From positions 1 through 25,880 of the IMG/VR virus record IMGVR_UViG_3300030376_007868: 25,880 bases of DNA; one strand, written 5' to 3'. The stretch comes from a virus. Its lineage: Duplodnaviria; Caudoviricetes. Under the pieces are notes generated by a model. That model was not told the origin of the DNA, made no database searches, and saw only the letters and a list, made by a program, of their open reading frames with translations. The translations under genes were made by a program, and so were the position numbers. Shown here one piece after another: positions 18,944 to 25,880 of the stretch (positions are counted from its first letter, which is position 1; every line of letters starts with the position of its first letter).

Positions 18944-20443
18944 ATGGAAAAAAAAATAAATTATATTGAAGTTGAAAACGCGATACAACACATCAAATCT
19001 ATTGGTGAAACTCGTAAAATTAAAGTTAAAGGCACAAGCGGAGCTGGTTTTTCAATAGAGGTAAATGATGGTAGCGGTGCTTGCATTTTAGAAGAACCGT
19101 TACAAAACATAGAAATACCAGAAACAGGCGTGTATATATTAACTCAAGAATTTCCAGACATTACAACAGGTGCTAATGGAGGTTTAACAGAGGAGTACTA
19201 TGACATAGTTTTAAGACCACACGCGGATGTTGAGGCTAGTATACAAGCGCAAAGATTATATCAATATCCAGATGTTACAATGACACTAACAACAAAGTCA
19301 TCAGCGACTTCACCATCCATAACTGTTAGAGATGATGATGGTGTGTTTAGCAGTATGACAGCGACAATGCCGGCTAAATCAAAAAATAGGGTTAATAAAA
19401 CTTTAAATTTAACAATTAACGAAGCTAGTGGCACGGCTGGGTTTTTTTACATAAAAGACACTTTTAACAATTCGCTTTCTAAAAATACCACCTTTACGAG
19501 AAAAGTCACAACAAGTGACAAGCCCAAACTAGGAAGTATTGTCACGTTAAAACCTCTTACCACAAAAACAATAGGCTCTACAACGTCTGGAGATTTAACT
19601 AGAGGAAACGAAAATGATTTAATGAGCAATGATATTGAGGTTGGTATGAGGGTGTATAGCAAATTAACAAAAAGTAAAATTGTATACGAAAGCTTAGAAG
19701 TTCCAACATGTAAAAGAGCTACAAATAAATTCGCATTAAGCGACACTGTTGGTTTGTTTCCCGGTATGATAGGTAAAATTAAAGGCCTGCAAGACTTTAC
19801 ATTAATTTCTGTTGATTGTGAAAAAAATATAACAGTAAGTAAAAAAATAATTATACCTGAAAACACAGATGTTGATTTTGTTTATGAAATTACATCTTCA
19901 GTAGGTAAAGTGCTTGAACAAGTAGACAAAGAAGGTAATGCTTGCGTTACTTTAAGTAATGAAATAATGATAGTAAACGATATGGTACTTGATTTAGATG
20001 CCGATAAGTCTCAATTTTTTTCTGATTTTGTTTTTAGTGGTAGCGGTACCGACGTTGTTACCTTAAAAGGAAACGTTGAGTTTTCAAAACCTGGATTAAA
20101 AGATGTTACTCATACTATAGATATAGATAATATGGTAACTAGAATACCTAACATTCGTGATTTTAAAGTAGATGTTCCAAAAAATAGTAGTAGATACACA
20201 ATAAACACTCTTAAAGGTGAAATTGATCAAAATGCTTCGGCTACAATTAGCGAAGATACGGTTGCAAGTGGAAAAGTTGTAGCTGTAACAAGAGAACCAA
20301 GTAATGGTTCGACAGCAATAAGCGCTAGAGACTTGTATTATACTCCTAATCCAGATTTTGTTGGTAGCGATGAAATATTGTACACTCTTAACGATGGTAC
20401 AAACACTAGCTTAGAAGGTAAAATTAGTATAACTGTAAAATAA
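18944..20443 (+). CDS. Virion-associated beta-rich protein with C-terminal Ig/cadherin-like domain (499 aa)
   Basis: C-terminus EPSNGSTAISARDLYYTPNPDFVGSDEILYTLNDG...ISITVK has the YTPxxxFxGxDxxxYxxxDG signature of bacterial Ig-like (Big_9/cadherin-like) domains. Confidence 0.7.
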   Translation: MEKKINYIEVENAIQHIKSIGETRKIKVKGTSGAGFSIEVNDGSGACILEEPLQNIEIPETGVYILTQEFPDITTGANGGLTEEYYDIVLRPHADVEASIQAQRLYQYPDVTMTLTTKSSATSPSITVRDDDGVFSSMTATMPAKSKNRVNKTLNLTINEASGTAGFFYIKDTFNNSLSKNTTFTRKVTTSDKPKLGSIVTLKPLTTKTIGSTTSGDLTRGNENDLMSNDIEVGMRVYSKLTKSKIVYESLEVPTCKRATNKFALSDTVGLFPGMIGKIKGLQDFTLISVDCEKNITVSKKIIIPENTDVDFVYEITSSVGKVLEQVDKEGNACVTLSNEIMIVNDMVLDLDADKSQFFSDFVFSGSGTDVVTLKGNVEFSKPGLKDVTHTIDIDNMVTRIPNIRDFKVDVPKNSSRYTINTLKGEIDQNASATISEDTVASGKVVAVTREPSNGSTAISARDLYYTPNPDFVGSDEILYTLNDGTNTSLEGKISITVK

Positions 20444-20448
20444 AAAAT

Positions 20449-21309
20449 ATGCCATTAGTACAATTAGATTTTTCAAACCCACTAAACACTTCAGTTCAAA
20501 CTGGCGATGTAGCTTATTTTTCTAATCCAATTGATTATGGTACAGCTGGTAATTCTTTAAACAATGGGGACCAATGGAGCTCTACTACAACACCTCATTT
20601 AACATCAAATCAAAGTGATATTATAAAAATAGGTGTTATTGAAACAATAATACCATGGGATGGCACTGTTAGTTCTATAATTTGTGACATGCCACAAAAT
20701 TTATTTAACCAATACTTTTCAAAAATACAAACAGGTGGTTGCACGCCAGACACCAGCGGGGGTCCACTTACAAATTCTTGTGATGGATACACTTTATACC
20801 CTGATGGACAAGCATTGATGGATTATGCTTTTATTAACGAACCTACCGTAAAGTTTCAGTTTATTGGCGCTTATGACGCGATAGCATATTCTACTGGTAC
20901 TGGGCAAATTTGTGACGCTAAAAAACTATTAGCTGCATATTACCACCCGCAAACGGGGTCAAATCCTGCAATACCCTCATTGTTAGACGCGCAGTCTGTT
21001 ATAAATTTTTTTAAAAACCAATATAATGTTCCTGGTTTGTCTGTAGGCATGTCAAGATTAGATTTTGAAGCCGCTGTTTACGCTGTTGACTCTGATTTTT
21101 TTGGTCACACCGGGGCTTCGTCTTCAAAATGTAAATGTACTTATCCAGAAATTTGTGTTGATGGTAGCTTTATAATGTTTAGTAAAGATAACAAAGTAAA
21201 TTTAAGTAGTGCATTAGGTTATTATGCTAGTGTTACGTTTAAAAACAATTCTACAGAGAAAGCAGAGCTGTTTAACGTAGGTGCTGACGTATTTGAAAGT
21301 AGTAAATAA
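20449..21309 (+). CDS. Conserved tail-associated protein with Cys-bounded insertion (286 aa)
   Basis: N-terminal LNTSVQTGDVAYF and C-terminal FIMFSKDNKVNLSSALGYYASVTFKNNSTEKAELFNVG...ESSK flank a roughly 140-aa insert. Confidence 0.65.
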   Translation: MPLVQLDFSNPLNTSVQTGDVAYFSNPIDYGTAGNSLNNGDQWSSTTTPHLTSNQSDIIKIGVIETIIPWDGTVSSIICDMPQNLFNQYFSKIQTGGCTPDTSGGPLTNSCDGYTLYPDGQALMDYAFINEPTVKFQFIGAYDAIAYSTGTGQICDAKKLLAAYYHPQTGSNPAIPSLLDAQSVINFFKNQYNVPGLSVGMSRLDFEAAVYAVDSDFFGHTGASSSKCKCTYPEICVDGSFIMFSKDNKVNLSSALGYYASVTFKNNSTEKAELFNVGADVFESSK

Positions 21310-21352
21310 ATAGTGAAAACTGTGACTATATTAGTATAAATTAAATTAAATT

Positions 21353-21772
21353 ATGCACAGTGAATTAACTTTTAGGAGTTTTAAAGATAAAGATTACAAT
21401 ACGGTAAATAGTTGGTGGGATTATTGGTGGACAGAAGGAGATGGAATAGAAAGAAAGTTTTTACCACGCAACAAATCTTGCTTTATAATAGAAAAAGGTG
21501 ATATACCTATAGCTGCTGCTTTTTTATTTATAGATAAATATTCACCTATGGCTTATTTAACCTACATGGTATCTAATCCAAAATACAGAGAGAAAGATAG
21601 AAGAAGTATTATAGAGCAATTAATAGCAAACATAGAAAAAGAAGCAAAATCACAAGGAGTAGAATTTATATTTACTGTTTGTGGTAATATACACTTAGAA
21701 AATATACATGGAAAACTAGGTTGGACAATTGATAAATCCGCTCCAGCTTATGAAACTTTTAAATATATATAA
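21353..21772 (+). CDS. GNAT-fold acyltransferase-like protein (139 aa), at the T7 gp13-like position
   Basis: GNAT-like order: CFIIEKGDIPIAAAFLF, YLTYMVSNPKYR, helix EQLIANIEKEAKSQG, FIFT, KLGW. Lies between tail and ejection genes. Confidence 0.72.
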   Translation: MHSELTFRSFKDKDYNTVNSWWDYWWTEGDGIERKFLPRNKSCFIIEKGDIPIAAAFLFIDKYSPMAYLTYMVSNPKYREKDRRSIIEQLIANIEKEAKSQGVEFIFTVCGNIHLENIHGKLGWTIDKSAPAYETFKYI

Positions 21773-21773
21773 T

Positions 21774-22709
21774 ATGGGAGGAAAAAAAAGAAGAGCAATA
21801 GCTAAAGAAGCTAAAGACGCGGCTAACGCGTCATTATTAGACGCGGAAGATAGAAGAGCTGTCGCTCAAGCTGGTGTTGACAAACAAAGAGCTGCGTATG
21901 AAAGTTTTGAATTTACAAATCCTTATGCCAACATGCAAAATCAATATGCGGGCATGGAAAACACTTATGAAGACCTAACTGTTAACCAACAGCAGGCTCA
22001 ATTTCAAGCGCAACAAGGGCAACAGCAAAGAGCAAACATAATGCAGCAAATGCAAGGCGCTGCTGGAGGATCTGGTATAGCTGCGCTAGCTCAAACACTA
22101 GCTAATCAAGGCCAATTACAAACACAGCAAATATCAGCATCTATAGGACAGCAAGAGGCGATGAATCAAAAACTAAGAGCTCAAGGTGCTGCTCAAATAC
22201 AACAACAAGAAAGAATGGGAGCCGCCGCTGTAGATTTACAACAAAGACAAGGCGAAGCAATGGTACAGCAAGCAGAAAGCGGAAGAATATCAACTTTATT
22301 GGGTATGGAATATGGTGCTTTAACAGGTGCAGAAGCAGGTGTACAACAAGGCTTTGCTAACCAACAAAGCGCTATTGGTATGGATGCTCAAATGTATGCT
22401 GCAAATCAACAAATGAAAGGTCAAATAATAGGTAGTGCTATAGGAGCAGCAGGAAATGTAATGGCTGCAAACATGAAAGTGCCAGCAGTGCCACCTTCCG
22501 ACAGAAGGTTAAAGAAAAATATAAATAAAATTGGTGAATCACATAGTGGGTTGAATATATATAGTTTTGAATATAAAAACCCTAAACATGGAGAAGGATT
22601 ATTTCAAGGTGTAATGTCTGATGAAATACCACAAGAGGCAGTTGTAAGTAAAGGTGGTTATGATCATGTAGATTATAGTATGCTAGACGTAGAATTTAAA
22701 CAAATATAA
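21774..22709 (+). CDS. Ejection/internal virion protein with C-terminal S74-type autocleaving chaperone domain (311 aa)
   Basis: Start moved to ATG 21774 (MGGKKRR), 1 nt after the GNAT stop. Q/A/G-rich helical body with glycine-zipper-like IIGSAIGAAG. C-terminal SDRRLKKNI...IYSFEYK...GVMSDEI...VDYSML begins at Ser242 (22497). Confidence 0.75.
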   Translation: MGGKKRRAIAKEAKDAANASLLDAEDRRAVAQAGVDKQRAAYESFEFTNPYANMQNQYAGMENTYEDLTVNQQQAQFQAQQGQQQRANIMQQMQGAAGGSGIAALAQTLANQGQLQTQQISASIGQQEAMNQKLRAQGAAQIQQQERMGAAAVDLQQRQGEAMVQQAESGRISTLLGMEYGALTGAEAGVQQGFANQQSAIGMDAQMYAANQQMKGQIIGSAIGAAGNVMAANMKVPAVPPSDRRLKKNINKIGESHSGLNIYSFEYKNPKHGEGLFQGVMSDEIPQEAVVSKGGYDHVDYSMLDVEFKQI

Positions 22710-22711
22710 AT

Positions 22712-24607
22712 ATGGCAAAAGGAGTAGGTAGTTTATCAGGTAGAGCAGATGCAACATTAGTAGGCGCGGCAACAAGAGCGTCGCTAGCTGCTGTACCAAA
22801 AGATCTTAGTGGTGTTCACCAAAGGACAGCTGCTGCATATGCATCTATGGCACAAACCACAGGTGCTGTATATGGTAAAGCTCTTGAGGTTATTGGTCAA
22901 ATTGGTGGCCAGCTAATAGAAAACGCAAAAATAAAAAAACTTGAGCCAGAAAGCGAGTGGAGTGATAACCAGATGAAAGATTTTGAAACAAAACCACCAC
23001 CACCACCAAAACCAGCTGATATTAAAGCACCCGAAACTGATTCTCCTATTGTTGAAGTTGACGAAGACTCTGCAAGCGGTGAAGAATATACTGTATTCTT
23101 ACCTGGTGAAGTTGAAATAGGTGCTGCTCCTGAAAAACCAAATTATGTTTACACTTACGCAGACAATGATGGCAACGAGGAGCCTATAACTGTTCAAACT
23201 ACAGCTCAAAAACTAGAAGGCTTAAGAGAAGAATTAAAAAATGTTAAAAACCTAGGTTTAGATAGAAAAGGTAGAAAAGCAGAAAAAAACAGAATAAGAA
23301 ATGTTATGGATAGGATAAGGCAAGAAAATGTTACTTTTGGCGCTTTTCAAGAAACTATGACAACTATGCTTGCGCAAGATCAAGTTAATTTTGAAGCCTC
23401 GGGTATATACGGCATGAGTAAAATGCTTTTTAGTCGAGCGTTGTTAGCTGGTGGTAAACCGGTAAAAGAAACAGATCCAAACTTAGCCGCTTACAACGGT
23501 GCTAGAGCTATCCAGGGTTACGACAAAAATGGTAGAATGGTATTTACTTATGTAGATAAGTACGGTGTACCTTTTAAAAACGAAGATGGTAGCGATATGA
23601 CTATAGATAAATCAGCAATTGCATCTGGTGATTTGTTTATTGCAAAATCAGAAAAAAGACCTATTATAGATGGTTTAATAAATACACAGTTTATACAACA
23701 AAATTATAAAGCCGGTTTTCAAGATTTTGAAAACTTAATAAATAAAGGTGTAGATGAAAACATAACTGATAAAAATACTTTTCTTGATATAGCTCATTAC
23801 CATAGCTCAAATACTACCGGTTCTTTAGCAAGTGTATTAAACAACGTTGAGTATGATGGTGATGGAGTACCACAAATTAAAGAAACAGAAATGTCTGGAC
23901 TACTTGTTGGTGCTTTACAAGGGCTTGGTAACAAAAATCAATTTGACGTTAGTGGAGATGGTGTGTTTGACGAAAAAGATTACGCAACACAAGAAAACTA
24001 TGCCATGCTTGTTAAAAAAGTATTATCTGGAGATGATCTTCAACTTGGAAAATCGTTATTAAAGGCTCATTATAAAAACGCTACCAATGCTCAAATTGAA
24101 AAATTTAAAAGTTTAGAACCAGCTCCAGTAACAGACGCGCTTACTGTTGATCAAAAAAGATATTACGACGTAATTAACGCACGAAATAGAACAGCGTTAG
24201 ATAACGCAAAATTTTTATCACAACAAAAAGTAAAAGAAGAAGAAAAAGTAGACACGCAGAATACTGTTTATAGTATTGAGTCTGAATTTAGTGCTGGGCA
24301 ATCAACTATTGGTAAAGGAAGTAGATACGTGCAAAAAACCGAATCAACTCCAGAAACAGTTGTTGATGGTGAAACAATCCCCGCACAAGAAGCAGGTTGG
24401 ACATTTTATAAAGATGGTAAAGTAGTTAAAACTATGCTAACTAGCGAGGCAGACATACTAGATGAAATAACTAAGCATGTAACCGATACGTCTGGAAAGT
24501 ATGAAAGTTTTACAATTGGAGAAACAAAAGTAGTTAAAACCGGTACACCTGTTAGAAACACTACTTATGAGTACAAAGGTAATGGCAAGTGGGAGCTTAA
24601 AAATTAA
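22712..24607 (+). CDS. Putative second ejection/internal virion protein (631 aa)
   Basis: Lies between ejection-type genes. A/G-rich N-terminus, KPPPPPKP linker, EF-hand-like loop DVSGDGVFDEKD. Confidence 0.55.
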   Translation: MAKGVGSLSGRADATLVGAATRASLAAVPKDLSGVHQRTAAAYASMAQTTGAVYGKALEVIGQIGGQLIENAKIKKLEPESEWSDNQMKDFETKPPPPPKPADIKAPETDSPIVEVDEDSASGEEYTVFLPGEVEIGAAPEKPNYVYTYADNDGNEEPITVQTTAQKLEGLREELKNVKNLGLDRKGRKAEKNRIRNVMDRIRQENVTFGAFQETMTTMLAQDQVNFEASGIYGMSKMLFSRALLAGGKPVKETDPNLAAYNGARAIQGYDKNGRMVFTYVDKYGVPFKNEDGSDMTIDKSAIASGDLFIAKSEKRPIIDGLINTQFIQQNYKAGFQDFENLINKGVDENITDKNTFLDIAHYHSSNTTGSLASVLNNVEYDGDGVPQIKETEMSGLLVGALQGLGNKNQFDVSGDGVFDEKDYATQENYAMLVKKVLSGDDLQLGKSLLKAHYKNATNAQIEKFKSLEPAPVTDALTVDQKRYYDVINARNRTALDNAKFLSQQKVKEEEKVDTQNTVYSIESEFSAGQSTIGKGSRYVQKTESTPETVVDGETIPAQEAGWTFYKDGKVVKTMLTSEADILDEITKHVTDTSGKYESFTIGETKVVKTGTPVRNTTYEYKGNGKWELKN

Positions 24608-24610
24608 TAT

Positions 24611-25880
24611 ATGGCTAATAAAACAATTACAACAGAAGAATTATTTTCTTTAGATAATATTGAAACTACTACACCAGTAGAAAATGATAATCTTATTTCA
24701 ACTGAAGATCTTTTTAAACTGGGAAAAGTAACGAGCTCGACGATAGATCCGACGACGGCGAGCGATACGGAATTAGAGTCGGACGATGGTTCTTCGGAAT
24801 TACCAGATAACAGGGGTTGGTTTGAGCAAGCAATGGACGCTGGTGCTGTTAATGCAGATTTATATGATAATGCTGACGCCATATTTGATATTAACAACAC
24901 AGATGAGGCTAGAAATTTAAGTAACTCTGAACTGCAAGCTTATATTGATTTAGTTATTAAATCTAAAACAGCTAGCTCAGAAATGGAAGAGCTAAACAAG
25001 TTTACAACAGCTTTTGAAAAATATAATAAAAAAGGTGAAAACTGGTTAACTTCTACTATTATGGCTGTCAAAGAAAATGGAGGTGTAACTGGTGGTGGTA
25101 TGAAAGGTTTTGCACAAGCCTCTATACAAAGTTATAGATCAATGCTTCCGCAATCTTTTGATGTAGAAGGTTTAAAATCTTACGAGTTAGGTAAAGAAGT
25201 CGCGGTACCAACTTTAGGTGCTGCTGGTGCTGGTAGCGTCTTGCCCGTTGTTGGTACTTTAACAGCTGGAACAACCGCACTTTTTACTTCTTTAAATTAT
25301 GGTCTAGAAACTATAAATACTTTTAACACGTTATTAGAAGAAGAAATAGCTAATAATCCAGAAAAATACAAAGATGGTTTTACGCCAGAATCAATAAGAA
25401 TGGTTATGGCAGACGACGAGGCTAGAACTAGAATAAAAAAACAAGCAAGAGCAAGGGGCAGGACAATAGCAACTGTAGAAGGTGTTACCAATGTTATAGG
25501 TATAAAGGGTTCTGGAGCTATACTAAAAGCAGGTAAAAACGTTACAAGCACAGCTGGTAAGGCGGGTGTTAAAACAGCAGCTGGTACTGTAGCCGCTGGT
25601 ACTGAAATAATTGGTGGTGGTACCGGTGAGTACTTAGGTGAAAAAGTTATTGGTAGAGATGCTTCTGGCGTGGAAATAGTTTTAGAAGGTTTATCTATGG
25701 CTGCTATAAAAGCGCCTATAGATGTAACTGTTGCTAGTATTGAATTAGCTAAGAATAAGCCTAACTACCAGATTGACGGAGCTAAGGTTTCAAAACAAGC
25801 AGTTGAAGATTATGTTAACGGGGCGGAAACAGCAGAAGAAATAGCTAATCTAAACGTAAAAATAGATAATGATGATGCTT
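24611..25880 (+). CDS. Large ejection/internal virion protein, N-terminal 423 aa (3' truncated; absent from ORF track)
   Basis: Translated by hand from ATG 24611 (MANKTITTEELFSLD...) to the window end with no stop. G/A/T-rich hydrophobic segments (TLGAAGAGSVLPVVGTLTAG, KTAAGTVAAGTEIIGGGTGE) are typical of membrane-interacting ejection proteins. Confidence 0.78.
   Translation, partial: MANKTITTEELFSLDNIETTTPVENDNLISTEDLFKLGKVTSSTIDPTTASDTELESDDGSSELPDNRGWFEQAMDAGAVNADLYDNADAIFDINNTDEARNLSNSELQAYIDLVIKSKTASSEMEELNKFTTAFEKYNKKGENWLTSTIMAVKENGGVTGGGMKGFAQASIQSYRSMLPQSFDVEGLKSYELGKEVAVPTLGAAGAGSVLPVVGTLTAGTTALFTSLNYGLETINTFNTLLEEEIANNPEKYKDGFTPESIRMVMADDEARTRIKKQARARGRTIATVEGVTNVIGIKGSGAILKAGKNVTSTAGKAGVKTAAGTVAAGTEIIGGGTGEYLGEKVIGRDASGVEIVLEGLSMAAIKAPIDVTVASIELAKNKPNYQIDGAKVSKQAVEDYVNGAETAEEIANLNVKIDNDDA
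24721..24810 (+). promoter_or_regulatory. Candidate -1 programmed ribosomal frameshift cassette (slippery site, pseudoknot, 27-codon transframe ORF)
   Basis: In-frame G_GGA_AAA (24721-24727), 7-nt spacer, stem1 24735-42/24756-63, stem2 24748-53/24778-83. The -1 frame reads SNELDDRSDDGERYGIRVGRWFFGITR and stops at TAA 24808-10. Confidence 0.7.

Noticed and set aside
21109-21120. ACCGGGGCTTCG identical to the 5' half of the MCP terminator
   Set aside because: It is within a CDS and has no complementary 3' arm. A single 12-nt match is plausibly chance.
21729-21773. ORF-track start at 21729
   Set aside because: It is a TTG overlapping the GNAT gene. ATG 21774 directly after the stop is more consistent with the operon's spacing.
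21816-21845. GACGCG / CGCGTC / GACGCG alternative 6-bp hairpins downstream of an A-run at 21782-21789
   Set aside because: The stems are short and explained by Asp-Ala/Ala-Ser codons. They lie about 27 nt from the A-run, too far to stimulate a frameshift.
22933-22945. In-phase A_AAA_AAA run in the 631-aa gene
   Set aside because: The -1 frame hits TGA almost immediately and no downstream structure is visible. A-runs are common in this AT-rich DNA.
483-25551. Short minus-strand and off-frame ORFs in the ORF track (e.g. 483-737, 12332-12628, 15471-15662, 19447-19866, 24604-24900)
   Set aside because: They are shadows of long + strand genes with no recognisable motifs or initiation context.
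1-25880. CRISPR array, tRNA, DGR repeat pair or invertible segment
   Set aside because: Intergenic gaps are under about 70 nt and I saw no long direct or inverted nucleotide repeats by eye. A self-dotplot would be needed to exclude them fully.

Overview
AT-rich, densely packed virion morphogenesis module of a podovirus-type phage, all on the + strand. It resembles crAss-like / marine Flavobacteria-infecting phages. A Bacteroidota host is inferred because genes lack Shine-Dalgarno motifs and have A/T-rich leaders. Gene order: terminase large subunit (5' truncated), portal, acidic scaffold-like protein, major capsid protein plus terminator, conserved protein, small CGC protein, two tail ring/adaptor proteins, a 3246-aa tail stabilisation (nozzle) protein, an Ig-domain protein, a small conserved tail protein, a GNAT-fold protein and three ejection-type proteins (the last 3' truncated and missing from the ORF track). 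The two most notable signals are not in the ORF track. (1) A candidate -1 programmed frameshift near the start of the last gene: G_GGA_AAA, a 7-nt spacer and an H-type pseudoknot, which would give a 66-aa protein ending RYGIRVGRWFFGITR. (2) A 40-aa basic peptide with an ArfA-like tail, overprinted in the +1 frame of the scaffold gene. Two virion proteins also end in self-cleaving domains (a non-splicing Hint domain and an S74-type chaperone). All family assignments come from motif recognition and synteny, not from database searches.
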